This document shows positions 48,746-60,731 of a DNA stretch of 64,000 bases, piece by piece (within the stretch, counting starts at the first letter, position 1; every line of letters begins with the position of its first letter). The stretch comes from a bacterium (lineage in GTDB: Bacteria > Synergistota > GBS-1). The notes under the pieces were generated by a model. That model saw nothing but the letters and a program-made list of their open reading frames with translations. It did no database searches and had not been told where the DNA came from. A program made the position numbers and the translations under genes. The DNA lies in NCBI GenBank assembly GCA_030153785.1, contig JASKLF010000006.1:32001-96000 (forward strand). The letters are read 5' to 3'.

Positions 48746-49718
48746 GCTCGCTCATGGTAGCGGTGGAGAGAAAACAAGAGAATTAATAGAAAAACTCTTT
48801 CTGCCGGCGTTTAAAAATCCTATCTTGGAAAAACTAGAAGATAGTGGAAGATTAAACGGCATCGCCATAACAATAGATGGCTATACAGTAAAGCCCATTT
48901 TCTTCAGGGGTGGAGATATAGGAAAGCTCTCCATAACCGGAACCGTTAACGACCTGGCTGTATGTGGAGCACGACCTAAGGCAATAGCGGTCTCCATAAT
49001 AGTGGAAGATGGATTTCCTACAGAAAAACTTGAAAAAATAGTTTCCTCAATGGCAAAGATTTCAAGAGAAGTAAATGCTCCAATAGTTACAGGGGACTTC
49101 AAAGTAGTATCCAAAGGAGAAATTGATGAAATCTTTATAATTACAAGCGGCATAGGAGAAATCTTTTACCCTTCACTAGGAGCAGATAGAGTATCCGCAG
49201 GAGACAGAATAATAGTTAGCGGCCCTATCGGTGATCATTCATTAGCTATTATGGGAGAAAGGTACGAGGTAGAGCTACCCCAAGGATTTGAAAGCGATTG
49301 TGCCCCCATTTTAAAACTCGTGGAAGCTATAACCCAAGTTGGTGGAATAAAGTGGATGAGGGACCCTACAAGAGGAGGCTTAGCAGCAGCTCTTAACGAG
49401 CTTGCCAAGGCAATTAATAAGGAGATTTTAATCTATGAAGATAGTGTGCCCTTCAGGAAGGAAGTTTTAAACTTTTGCGAAATATTTGGTTTCGATCCAT
49501 ACCACCTGGCATCGGAGGGAAGGTTCATAGCCGTTGTGGACAAAGAAAAATCAGAAAAAATTCTAAGTGAGCTCACAAAGTTTCCAGAGGGGAAGAATGC
49601 TGCAATAATAGGAGAGGTTAGGGAAAAGAGTAAAGGAAGAGTTATAGTTAAAACTAAATTCGGTGGGTTAAGACTTCTTGACCCACCAACGGGAGAACTT
49701 CTACCTAGAATATGCTAA
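48738..49718 (+). CDS. hypE: Hydrogenase maturation protein HypE
   Basis: HGSGG, RDPTRGG and C-terminal PRIC. Confidence 0.96.
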   Translation: MIKLAHGSGGEKTRELIEKLFLPAFKNPILEKLEDSGRLNGIAITIDGYTVKPIFFRGGDIGKLSITGTVNDLAVCGARPKAIAVSIIVEDGFPTEKLEKIVSSMAKISREVNAPIVTGDFKVVSKGEIDEIFIITSGIGEIFYPSLGADRVSAGDRIIVSGPIGDHSLAIMGERYEVELPQGFESDCAPILKLVEAITQVGGIKWMRDPTRGGLAAALNELAKAINKEILIYEDSVPFRKEVLNFCEIFGFDPYHLASEGRFIAVVDKEKSEKILSELTKFPEGKNAAIIGEVREKSKGRVIVKTKFGGLRLLDPPTGELLPRIC

Positions 49719-49739
49719 AAGAGGAAGGAGGAACAAGAA

Positions 49740-52006
<2,267 letters not shown>

Positions 52007-52017
52007 AACTCTTAAAC

Positions 52018-52413
52018 TTAACGCTTCGAGCTCTGATAAAGTCTCCTTGCTTTCATTCTTCCGTACTTCTTTCTTTCCTTCATTCTCGGGTCTCTCGTAA
52101 GGAAACCTTTCTCCTTAAGGGAAGGTTTCAAGTCAGGGTCATAAGTAAGAAGAGCACGAGCTATACCTAACCTTATTGCACCAGCTTGACCCGACAAACC
52201 CCCACCTGTAACATTAACATAAATATCAAACTCTTTCTCTTTACCCAAGTAGCTTAATGGCTCAATCGCATGAACTCTCCATGTTTCCCGAGGAAAGTAT
52301 TCCTCCAAACTTCTACCGTTTACCACGATATTCCCTTCCCCTGGTTTCATCCACACTCTCGCAATTGCCGTTTTTCTTCTACCAGTTCCATAATAAATCC
52401 ACTTATTTTCCAA
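52018..52413 (-). CDS. rpsI: 30S ribosomal protein S9
   Basis: [18 protein letters not shown] and C-terminal SKR. Confidence 0.98.
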   Translation of the reverse strand: MENKWIYYGTGRRKTAIARVWMKPGEGNIVVNGRSLEEYFPRETWRVHAIEPLSYLGKEKEFDIYVNVTGGGLSGQAGAIRLGIARALLTYDPDLKPSLKEKGFLTRDPRMKERKKYGRMKARRLYQSSKR

Positions 52414-52429
52414 ATTCCTCTACCTCCCT

Positions 52430-52873
52430 TTACAGTTCCAACTCCAAAACCTCAGGCTTTTGTGCCTTATGAGGGTGCTCCGGGCCTCTATAAACCTTAA
52501 GTTTTTTAAACATCCTTCTACCCAGCCTATTTTTAGGAAGCATACCCCAAACGGTTCTTTCTATGATCTTCTCGGGAGCCTTTTGAAGCATTCTCTCATA
52601 AGTAGTAACCTTCAAGCCACCAGGGTATGGGGAATGACTATAAAGCTCCTTTTCGGTAAGCTTTTTGCCCGTTAATTTAATTTTCTCCGCGTTAATAACA
52701 ATCACAAAGTCACCCGTATCAAGATGAGGAGTATATATGGGCTTATGTTTACCCCTCAATATGTAAGCTATCCTTGCCGCTAATCTACCTAAAGGCTTAT
52801 CTGTAGCATCAACAATATACCATTTTCTCTGTATCTCCTTAGGCTTTGGTATGTATGTTTTATTCCCAAACAT
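52430..52873 (-). CDS. rplM: 50S ribosomal protein L13
   Basis: WYIVDA, GRLA and GKHKP motifs; ATG 52873 after SD AAGGAGGAG (listed ORF is over-extended). Confidence 0.97.
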   Translation of the reverse strand: MFGNKTYIPKPKEIQRKWYIVDATDKPLGRLAARIAYILRGKHKPIYTPHLDTGDFVIVINAEKIKLTGKKLTEKELYSHSPYPGGLKVTTYERMLQKAPEKIIERTVWGMLPKNRLGRRMFKKLKVYRGPEHPHKAQKPEVLELEL

Positions 52874-52910
52874 AACCCTCTCCTCCTTTTCCTTTGTAGG
52901 CACGCTCTTA

Positions 52911-52939
52911 ATTTTAATATAGCTCCCTACCTTTGTCAA
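52911..52939 (-). promoter_or_regulatory. Sigma-70 promoter of rplM-rpsI
   Basis: TTGACA, 17 bp, TAAAAT. Confidence 0.8.
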
Positions 52940-52968
52940 GAAATCGTAGATTTTTTCCCACACAGTTA

Positions 52969-52996
52969 TTGATATTTTTCGCACATGTGATACCAT
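52969..52996 (+). promoter_or_regulatory. Promoter of the THF riboswitch-folT transcript
   Basis: TTGATA, 16 bp, TG-extended TACCAT; predicted +1 falls at the aptamer 5' end. Confidence 0.55.
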
Positions 52997-52999
52997 ATT

Positions 53000-53107
53000 A
53001 TGTGGCAGAGTAGGCATCACACGTTAAGTGCCAAGGGATGGGATGTTGCCCTTGGACGAACGGTGAACCATATCACCGGCGCTGTGATGCCGCATCCGCT
53101 GCCACAT
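53000..53107 (+). ncRNA. Tetrahydrofolate (THF) riboswitch aptamer
   Basis: GCAGAGUAGG...CGUUAAGUG...GGGAUGUUG...ACGAA...CCGCAUCCGCUGC consensus blocks; P1 AUGUGGCAG/CUGCCACAU; upstream of a folate S-component. Confidence 0.92.
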
Positions 53108-53187
53108 CTTCTCATCTTCTTTACATTTTCCTCCTCAAAGATGTGGCAGTTCTCTGCCAATCTTTGAGGAAAGGAGGTGTAAAGAAG

Positions 53188-53718
53188 ATGAGGACTTCTA
53201 CCATGGTCCACGCAAGTATCCTCATAGCAATAAGTATAGTGCTGACAAGATTTGCAAGCTTCATGCTGACACCGTATATAAGGCTTGGTTTCGGCCCTAT
53301 CCCCATTTACCTTGGCGGGATTTTATTCGGTCCCTGGGTAGGAGCAATGATCGGTGGGCTCGCCGATTTGATAGGCTTTTGGTTCAATACATTCGGAGCT
53401 GCCCTTCCAAACCCCTTTATAGCACTAGCATCCGTGTGTAGAGGTCTTTTACCTCCCTTATTTTTAAAGATCTTAGGAGCGAAACAACCTTCCTTTAAGG
53501 CGCCTTTAATAACCATTGCCCTCACAGAAATAGTAGCGGGTTTAGGGCTAACGACCTATGGATTAACTACCATTTACCATCTACCCTTTTCTGTGCTCAT
53601 TGTACCAAGACTTGTATCAACATCCATCCTCGTGCTAATAAATTCTCTGATACTCTATCCGATCTCCACAAAACTGTTAGCAAATAAAGTTCTTCATAAA
53701 GAAGCCTCTTCTAATTAA
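53188..53718 (+). CDS. folT: Folate ECF transporter S component
   Basis: IAISIVLTRF and RLGFG..PI..GGILFGP..G motifs; ATG 53188 after AAGGAGGTG; THF riboswitch upstream. Confidence 0.9.
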   Translation: MRTSTMVHASILIAISIVLTRFASFMLTPYIRLGFGPIPIYLGGILFGPWVGAMIGGLADLIGFWFNTFGAALPNPFIALASVCRGLLPPLFLKILGAKQPSFKAPLITIALTEIVAGLGLTTYGLTTIYHLPFSVLIVPRLVSTSILVLINSLILYPISTKLLANKVLHKEASSN

Positions 53719-53761
53719 AAGGCATTTGGGGGCCCTAAGCTTTAGTGCCCCCAAATGCCTT
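53719..53761. terminator. Terminator hairpin between convergent folT and ispD
   Basis: AAGGCATTTGGGGGC...GCCCCCAAATGCCTT, 15-bp outer arms. Confidence 0.75.
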
Positions 53762-54478
53762 CTCAGAAAGTAAGACCTCGGCAATCTTAAGATCGATAGG
53801 GTAAGTTATTTTCACATTAATTGGGGTCCCCGGTATTAAATGAACTTTTTCCTCCTTAAAATATTTTAATATTAAAGAGCAGTCATCGGGGGCATCAAAA
53901 AATCCATCATCCACAGCTCTTCGATGGGCCTCCTTTATTAGAGAAATGTAAAAACCCTGGGGAGTATTAATCGTAAACAACCTTTCACGTGGAGGAATAT
54001 CCTCCACGACGAAACTTTCTCTTTCGCTAACCAAAGCCACAGTTTCTTTCACAGGGGTAGATAACGTCACCGCTTTAAATACTCTTAAAGCAGACAATAA
54101 ATTTTCTATATCCTCTTTAAAAACGAAAGGGCGAACAGCATCATGTATCAATACAATACCATCTTCCTCCGAAATGGTATCTAAACCCAGCTTGGAACTT
54201 TCCTGCCTCGTTTTCCCCCCACAAGTAATACTCTTTAACTTCCTGTACTTCTTTATACCTAATAATTCCTTAGCGAAATCCAAAAACCTTTTATTAACCA
54301 CCACAACAATTTCATCGACATTCTCGCTCTTTTCAAAAGGCATAATAGCCCACTCCAAGATAGTTCTATCCTTCAATTTTAAAAACTGCTTAGGAATCTC
54401 AGAGCCTAATCTTTTTCCCTCTCCACCCGCTAAAATTAAGGCATGAACCTTTTTGCCCAAAAACAACCCCAACACCAC
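53735..54478 (-). CDS. ispD: 2-C-methyl-D-erythritol 4-phosphate cytidylyltransferase (IspD/TarI family)
   Basis: LAGG.GKR, PKQF, HDAVRPF, TPQGF and N.KIT...DL motifs; exact start uncertain. Confidence 0.85.
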   Translation of the reverse strand: MVLGLFLGKKVHALILAGGEGKRLGSEIPKQFLKLKDRTILEWAIMPFEKSENVDEIVVVVNKRFLDFAKELLGIKKYRKLKSITCGGKTRQESSKLGLDTISEEDGIVLIHDAVRPFVFKEDIENLLSALRVFKAVTLSTPVKETVALVSERESFVVEDIPPRERLFTINTPQGFYISLIKEAHRRAVDDGFFDAPDDCSLILKYFKEEKVHLIPGTPINVKITYPIDLKIAEVLLSEKAFGGTKA

Positions 54479-54516
54479 CTTTATACTGTATAATTCTAAA
54501 AAGGGAGGTGATTTAA

Positions 54517-55114
54517 TTGAGCGAAAAGCTCAGCTGGATCAAGCTCGAAAAGGATGAATCTATTTACACAGACCCGAATAATCCCCCTGCATCAAAGGAA
54601 AAACTCTTAGATGCCATCGCAAGGTCAGCTTACAACTATCACCTATCACCATACCTACAGTGGCTGTACACGTGCCGTTCTATTAGCTCTCAATGAACAT
54701 CTCGATCTCGCCCCCGAAGAGGCCTTTAAATACTGCTTCAGTGCCTGCTCAACGCTTCCTGGCGGTGTAGCGAGAATGGGAGAAGTTTGCGGTGCTCTTA
54801 CTGGAGCCCTCTTAGCAATTGGTCTTGCCTGCGGACCTAAAGATCCTAAAGATGTAAAGGGTTATAGTAAAGCCTTAAAGGTAGGACACCAATTCTTTAC
54901 GAAGTTTAAAGAAACCTTTAAGCACGTGAGATGTCAAGACCTCCTTGATGAATTCTTTGGTAAAAGCATTAATTTCTGGGATCCAGAAGAGCGGACAGAA
55001 TGGATTAAAGCTGGTGGACCTAATATCTGCTCTTTATTATGCGCTGAAACAGCACGACTGGCTGGCGACACTATAATGGAAATTTTAGCTACTGAGAATC
55101 AAAAGTCTTCCTAA
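54517..55114 (+). pseudogene. C-GCAxxG-C-C family putative redox protein, frameshifted by a 7-bp duplication
   Basis: SD GGGAGGTGA then TTG 54517; frame broken at CTATCAC x2 (54636-54649); downstream frame has GC...CGALTG...C...C. Confidence 0.8.
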
Positions 55115-55628
55115 GTTTCCTTTTAATTCGTTGAAGCGCGTTATCTACAACCTTCAAAGTGCAACCAAGCTCCTGAGCAATTTCTGTATAGGTTTTACCT
55201 TCTAAATACTTGCTAAGAACCTTATTTTCTAAGTCACTCAATTTAAGATTAATATCGAAGTCCATACTTTCCCAATCTTCCTTTTCTCTCCATAATGACA
55301 AACCGGGCTTTTCTTCTATTGAAACATACTTGTTCACGGGGATCTCCTTTTGACGAGTCGCCTTCCTCAAAACATCTGTAAATTGCCGTCTTAAGCACAT
55401 CTCCAAAAAACTTTCAAACTTCACTCCTTTATTCACATCAAAGGAGTTGACTGCCTTAAAAAGAGCAAGCAAACCTTCCTGAACTAAATCCTCATAATCC
55501 ATGTGAGGGACAAAATAATCACGGGCTATACTTTTAACAATAGGCAAGTAAATTTTTACTATCTCCCTCCATGCCTTAGAGGAGCCCTCCTTGGCCTTAA
55601 GAAGGAGGGCTCTTTTTCCATCCTCCAA
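55089..55628 (-). CDS. sigH: RNA polymerase sigma factor, SigH-like
   Basis: DYEDLVQEG, LSDLE..VL and VDNALQRIKRKL motifs. Confidence 0.85.
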   Translation of the reverse strand: MEDGKRALLLKAKEGSSKAWREIVKIYLPIVKSIARDYFVPHMDYEDLVQEGLLALFKAVNSFDVNKGVKFESFLEMCLRRQFTDVLRKATRQKEIPVNKYVSIEEKPGLSLWREKEDWESMDFDINLKLSDLENKVLSKYLEGKTYTEIAQELGCTLKVVDNALQRIKRKLRKTFDSQ

Positions 55629-55634
55629 AAAGGT

Positions 55635-56348
55635 TCACCTCACATCTTCCACTAACTCTGCATATAATACCTCGATTCTGCCATTTACATCCACAATCAA
55701 ACCACCATCGCTGCTTAACTCTATAGCTTTACCTTTTAAAAGGGTCCCATTCCTTTTAAAGGAAACTTCCTTACCCAAAGTGAGACACAAATTCCTATAA
55801 CGAGACAAAACAACCTCTTTCTCCTTCTCAACCAATCCTATGCTATTAACAACGCTATCCACTAATTTTTTAAAAACAAAATCTTCACTTAGACTACCTC
55901 CCAGTTCCCTTTCCAAGGAAGTAGAACCCGGGACCTCATCAATATCTTTCAAATTCAACCCAATACCTAACAAGCAAAACGCCAAGTTATCCCCTTCGAA
56001 CAAAGCTTCCAAAAGTACCCCACAAACCTTTTTGTCTGATAAAATAACATCGTTAGGCCATTTAAGAAAGGCTTTCAAGCCAAGGTCTTCAAGAGCATCA
56101 ACTACCCCCAATGCCGCTGCCAAATTTAAAAGGTTAAGCTCTTTTCCTCTTAGGGAGGTTTTAAAGGCATATGTGAACCAGATTCCTTTCCCCTTTGGGG
56201 AATACCATTTTCTTCCATGCCTTCCCTTCCCCAAGCTCTGCTCCTTAGCCCATATTATCGTTCCATTGACAAGTTCCCTGTTTCTGTAAAGCCTTTTAGC
56301 TTCTTCCTGGGTAGAATCCACACTGTCAAGATAAACTACCCTGTACAA
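55635..56348 (-). CDS. birA: Biotin-protein ligase (no DNA-binding HTH)
   Basis: DSTQ, GKGRHGRKW, KWPND and KVCGVL motifs. Confidence 0.93.
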   Translation of the reverse strand: MYRVVYLDSVDSTQEEAKRLYRNRELVNGTIIWAKEQSLGKGRHGRKWYSPKGKGIWFTYAFKTSLRGKELNLLNLAAALGVVDALEDLGLKAFLKWPNDVILSDKKVCGVLLEALFEGDNLAFCLLGIGLNLKDIDEVPGSTSLERELGGSLSEDFVFKKLVDSVVNSIGLVEKEKEVVLSRYRNLCLTLGKEVSFKRNGTLLKGKAIELSSDGGLIVDVNGRIEVLYAELVEDVR

Positions 56349-56356
56349 TTTCTCCC

Positions 56357-58735
56357 TTACTCCTCCTCTTTTCTTTCATTTTTTTCGTCTTTCCTCCTCC
56401 CCCACTCCTTAAGGACCTCCGCCATCTCTTTAAGCTTTCTTTCTACCTCTCTGTGAAAATCCTCAGGCTTTAGTCCTGTAAGAATCTCAATACCCTCATC
56501 TATAGTTTTTATAGCGTATATGTGAAATTCTCCTCTCTTTACAGCCTCTACTATGTCCTCCCTAAGCATAAGATTCTCCTTATTCCTATAAGGTATTATT
56601 ACACCTTGCTTCCCTGTCAAGCCCCTTATCTTACAGAAGTCAAAAAATCCAGCTATTTTTTTATTGACACCACCTATTGGCTGAATATTCCCTTTTTGAT
56701 CCACAGAACCTGTTATAGCAATATCCTGCCTCAAGGGTATCTCAGAGATAGCAGAAAGAAGAGCATAAAGTTCTGCGGCAGAAGCACTATCTCCCTCCAC
56801 ACCTTCGTAAAGTTGTTCGAAACATATGCTTGCAGAAAGCGTTAAAGAGAAATCCTTCGCATATCGAGAAGCCATATAGTTCGAAAGTATCATAACACCC
56901 TTATCATGGATCTTACCGCTCATCCTGCTTTCCCTTTCTATATTAACAACGCCACGTTGCCCAAGGTGAACTGTGGCTGTAATTCTACTGGGCTTTCCAA
57001 AGGTATAGTCTCCGAGATTAATAATAGCAAGCCCATTTATCTGGCCTACCCTCTTCCCATCGGTTTCCACAATTATCTGGTCTCTGGCAAACATTTCCTT
57101 AAGCCTTTCCTCATACTTGTTTTCACGATAGTTCTTTTCCTCTATAGCTCTTTTAACATGGGTTGCCGTAATATACCGACTTCCGTCCATTCTTGCCCAA
57201 GCGTCAGCCTCAACCAGAATAGGAATAATCTCACTAAACCTTGTAGTAAGCTTCTTCTGGTCTTCCGCAAGTTCGCTACTATAGTCTATAAGCGCAGCTA
57301 ATGCGGTTTTATCACAATGAAGCAAACCTTCCTCCCGACAGTAGGAAGAAATAAAAGCACAGACATCCCTTACATTTTCCTCATTCCTTTCCATATCTAT
57401 ATCGAAGTCAACCTTTATCTTAAAGAGCTTCTTGAAGTCCTCATCGAAAATAGAAAGAAGATGGTATATCAAAGGAGAACCAATCAACAAAACTTTAACT
57501 TTCACAGGAATAGGCTCGGGTACCAAACCCGACATTGGAATAAGACCGACATGTTCAGCTATATTCTCTATTCTTATTTCACCTGTTTTAAGAACCCTCT
57601 TTAGAGCATCCCAAGCGCCGAAGTTTCTAAGCACATCGGTAACATTAAGAATAAGATACCCTCCGTTTGCCCTGTGAATGGCTCCAGCCTTTATCTTGGT
57701 AAAATCTGTTACTAAAAACCCCATTCTCTGTTCATACTCGAGCTTCCCAACCAAGTTGTAATAGGTTGGATTACTTTCAAACACCACGGGTGCGCCTTGA
57801 AGACGGGAATTATCAACCAAAAGATTAACCCTATATCTATCGAACGAAGGATGATGTTTTTTGGGAGCTTCTTCTCCCTCGGCAGTTGCAAGAAAATCGT
57901 GAAGGTGATCAACCACATCTTCCATCATGTCCTCTAGAAAGGCAACCACCTTAGGAAGATCTATATATTTTTCCTTCAAATCCTTAAAAAGACCACCTAT
58001 AACGAAGACACATAGCTCTCTTTCCAGTCGTTTCATTTTTGCACGAGTTTCTCTTTCTAATTTCTGAACCTCTTTCATAACCTGCATTGTCCTTTCATGA
58101 AGTTCTAGCGACCTAGCCTCTAATTCCTTCTTCTTCTCCGGAGGCAAAGCGTTAAACTCCTCTTGGGTCATTTCTCTTCCATCAATTAAAGGAACATTTA
58201 TGAATCCCGTCGGAGTCCTCTTTAAGGCAAACCCCAATAGCTCTGCCTCTCTATTTAAAGCTTCCATAAGCCTGTTAACCTCTTCTTGAAGTTCCTTAAG
58301 CACTGACCTCTTCTTGGCCTCAAACTCTTCTCCTTCAAAAGCTTTAGGAATTCTAACCTTCAACTCCTCAAGAAGTTCTCTTATGTCTTCAACAAACTCC
58401 CGTCCTTTACCGGGCGGGAAAAATAAAGCGATCGGTCTCGATGGGTTTTTAAAGTTATACACATAACACCAGTCGTAAGGCGTAGGGTCGGTCAAAGCAA
58501 CTTCATGTGCTATTTTTCTTGCATAGGTCGTTCTTCCCGTTCCGGTAAGCCCTACAAAAAAGAGGTTATACCCGGGGCTCTTTACCCTTAGGCCAAAATG
58601 AGCAGCTTTTACCACTCTATCCTGACCAATTATGCCTTTGTCAAGAGGTTTTACTTCCTCAGTAGTCTCAAAATCAAATATATCTGATGGACACCTCACT
58701 CTAAGTTCCTCATAGGACAGTTCCAAAGAGAACAC
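56357..58735 (-). CDS. Lon-like (LonC-type) protease
   Basis: IIGQ.R, GLTGTGRT, AGAIHRANGG, coiled-coil insert, GDSAS and GGVNKK Ser-Lys dyad. Confidence 0.9.
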   Translation of the reverse strand: MFSLELSYEELRVRCPSDIFDFETTEEVKPLDKGIIGQDRVVKAAHFGLRVKSPGYNLFFVGLTGTGRTTYARKIAHEVALTDPTPYDWCYVYNFKNPSRPIALFFPPGKGREFVEDIRELLEELKVRIPKAFEGEEFEAKKRSVLKELQEEVNRLMEALNREAELLGFALKRTPTGFINVPLIDGREMTQEEFNALPPEKKKELEARSLELHERTMQVMKEVQKLERETRAKMKRLERELCVFVIGGLFKDLKEKYIDLPKVVAFLEDMMEDVVDHLHDFLATAEGEEAPKKHHPSFDRYRVNLLVDNSRLQGAPVVFESNPTYYNLVGKLEYEQRMGFLVTDFTKIKAGAIHRANGGYLILNVTDVLRNFGAWDALKRVLKTGEIRIENIAEHVGLIPMSGLVPEPIPVKVKVLLIGSPLIYHLLSIFDEDFKKLFKIKVDFDIDMERNEENVRDVCAFISSYCREEGLLHCDKTALAALIDYSSELAEDQKKLTTRFSEIIPILVEADAWARMDGSRYITATHVKRAIEEKNYRENKYEERLKEMFARDQIIVETDGKRVGQINGLAIINLGDYTFGKPSRITATVHLGQRGVVNIERESRMSGKIHDKGVMILSNYMASRYAKDFSLTLSASICFEQLYEGVEGDSASAAELYALLSAISEIPLRQDIAITGSVDQKGNIQPIGGVNKKIAGFFDFCKIRGLTGKQGVIIPYRNKENLMLREDIVEAVKRGEFHIYAIKTIDEGIEILTGLKPEDFHREVERKLKEMAEVLKEWGRRKDEKNERKEEE

Positions 58736-58758
58736 CCCCTTTTTAAAACCTTAAGTAA

Positions 58759-58786
58759 AATTATATCAAACATTTGTGATATAATT
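58759..58786. promoter_or_regulatory. Back-to-back extended -10 promoters forming an inverted repeat
   Basis: AATTATATCA-8 nt-TGATATAATT, i.e. TGATATAAT on both strands. Confidence 0.6.
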
Positions 58787-58825
58787 CTAAGGTAAGAAAC
58801 AAACACTCAAAGGAGGTAAGATTTC

Positions 58826-59908
58826 ATGTTCAAAACATTAAGAAGCCAAATGAAGCTAATATTCATAATAGTTGCAGTTTTCTTCGCCTTATCTATTTAT
58901 GTAGGATATGGTGTATATACCCGAGGAAGGGGGGCGTCTAATCCGCCACCAAGCACAACAGCGGCCTTAGTAAACGGTGTTCCAATATCAACCGCCCTGC
59001 TTAACTCCGCAGTAAGAAATCAACTCTCAAATTATAAAACCGAAGACCTGAAAAATTTAACTAAAGAAGACTTCGATAATATAAGAAGAAATGTGCTTCA
59101 GGCACTGATAAACTATGAACTCCTCTATCAAGAAGCCATAAAAGAGGGATTAAAACCGTCAAGTAAAGAAATAGATGAAGCCATAACCAATTTAGAGAAG
59201 AGATTTACAACGAAGGAGGAATTTCTTTCCTTCCTACAAAGACAAGGTATAACTTTATCAGATCTCAGAAGGGGTTTAGAGCGAGAGATAGCAGTTAATA
59301 AAATTCTCAGGAAAATCCAAGACAGCGTAGTGATAAATGAAGCTCAAATCAAGGAGATATACGAAAAGTATAAAGAATTTTTAGTTGAACCTCAAAAGTT
59401 CGAAATAGCCTATAAGGCCTTTAGAGACCCACAGAAAGCTGAAGAAATGTACGAAAACCTAAAAAGTGGAAAGAAATGGGAAGAAATAGAGCAGGAAGTA
59501 AAACCTGAAAAGAAAACCTTATCTGAACTTCCGAAAGTCTTCGCGGAGCACGAAAAAGACTTAAAAGTCGGATCTCCCTTCATAATAAAGGGAGAGGAAG
59601 AAACCTTTGTAGGTTATGTCTTTTCAATAACCCCTTCCCGCCAAAAAACATACGAAGAGGTAAAAGATCAGCTTGAAAACATTCTCAAATACACGGAAGG
59701 GTTAGAGGCAAGGAGAAAATTTATCCTATCGCTGAGAGAAAAAGCTGATATTAAGTATCCAGATCCAAACCTAGCTCCCCTTCCTCCATCTCAGGAGGAA
59801 ACTCCAGAATCTTTAACTACAGAAGCAACAACTTCACAGAAAACCGAGCAAAAACAGCAACAAGAACCAACCTCTCCATCAACTCCAGGAAGCTCGAACA
59901 ATAATTAG
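58826..59908 (+). CDS. SurA/PrsA/PpiD-like membrane-anchored chaperone
   Basis: N-terminal TM, ALVNG.PI, LIN.ELLYQEA, degenerate PPIase region, low-complexity tail. Confidence 0.82.
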   Translation: MFKTLRSQMKLIFIIVAVFFALSIYVGYGVYTRGRGASNPPPSTTAALVNGVPISTALLNSAVRNQLSNYKTEDLKNLTKEDFDNIRRNVLQALINYELLYQEAIKEGLKPSSKEIDEAITNLEKRFTTKEEFLSFLQRQGITLSDLRRGLEREIAVNKILRKIQDSVVINEAQIKEIYEKYKEFLVEPQKFEIAYKAFRDPQKAEEMYENLKSGKKWEEIEQEVKPEKKTLSELPKVFAEHEKDLKVGSPFIIKGEEETFVGYVFSITPSRQKTYEEVKDQLENILKYTEGLEARRKFILSLREKADIKYPDPNLAPLPPSQEETPESLTTEATTSQKTEQKQQQEPTSPSTPGSSNNN

Positions 59909-59949
59909 AAAAAAGGGCTACCCTTCTTACACGAGGGTAGCCCCTTTTT
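59909..59949. terminator. Bidirectional terminator
   Basis: AAAAAGGGCTACCCT-loop-AGGGTAGCCCCTTTTT between convergent genes. Confidence 0.8.
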
Positions 59950-60731
59950 CAAAGGGTTCTTTCTATCCTTCTTATAGAAAGAGACCTAAGGTTTGCAACA
60001 TCAACCTCAAAGAAAACTGCTTGTAAGGCTATTTTACCTCCTGCCACTTCGAGCTTCTCAGGTATTCCCGTAAGAAACCTTTTTAAAACCTTTTGAGGAT
60101 TCATACCAATTATAGATTCTACAGGGCCTGTCATTCCCACATCAGTTATATAAGCAGTTCCCTTGGGAAATACTCTCTCATCAGCAGTAGGAACGTGAGT
60201 GTGCGTACCAATAACAGCAACAACTTTACCATCAAAGTGGTATGCAAAAGCTATTTTCTCCGATGTAGCCTCTGCATGAAAATCCACGATGATAGGTTTT
60301 CTAACCTCCTCAAGCTTCGATAAAAGCTCCTCCATTTTTTCAAAGGGACAATTGATGGGAGGCATAAATATCCTTCCCTGCATGTTAACCACAACAACAT
60401 TTCCTAAGTCTATATAACCCTTACCAGGCGCTTTAGCAGGATAGTTGTAAGGTCTCAAGAGGGGGTACTCCCCCTTTTGGAGGAGTTCAACCCCCTCTTT
60501 TTTATCCCATACGTGATTTCCCGTGGTAATTACGTCAACACCAGCGGAAAGCACTTCTTCTACTACGCTCCGCGTTAAACCAAAACCACCAGCCGCGTTT
60601 TCAGCATTAGCTATTACTACATCCGCCTTAAGCTCTTCCTTAAGGGGAGAGAGCAACTCCTTAAGGGCCTTCCGCCCAGGACTCCCTACAACATCTCCTA
60701 CAAAGAGAACCTTTAAAATATTACTTTGCAT
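59949..60731 (-). CDS. ymdB: YmdB/TIGR00282 metallophosphoesterase
   Basis: [28 protein letters not shown] and GTHTH motifs. Confidence 0.93.
   Translation of the reverse strand: MQSNILKVLFVGDVVGSPGRKALKELLSPLKEELKADVVIANAENAAGGFGLTRSVVEEVLSAGVDVITTGNHVWDKKEGVELLQKGEYPLLRPYNYPAKAPGKGYIDLGNVVVVNMQGRIFMPPINCPFEKMEELLSKLEEVRKPIIVDFHAEATSEKIAFAYHFDGKVVAVIGTHTHVPTADERVFPKGTAYITDVGMTGPVESIIGMNPQKVLKRFLTGIPEKLEVAGGKIALQAVFFEVDVANLRSLSIRRIERTL

Noticed and set aside
52874..53187. Extended starts for rplM (53020) and folT (53038), and ORF 53017..53211
   Set aside because: They run through promoters and the THF riboswitch; SD-supported starts are 52873 and 53188
59770..59905. Pro/Ser/Thr/Gln-rich low-complexity stretch
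   Set aside because: Disordered protein tail, not a DNA repeat array
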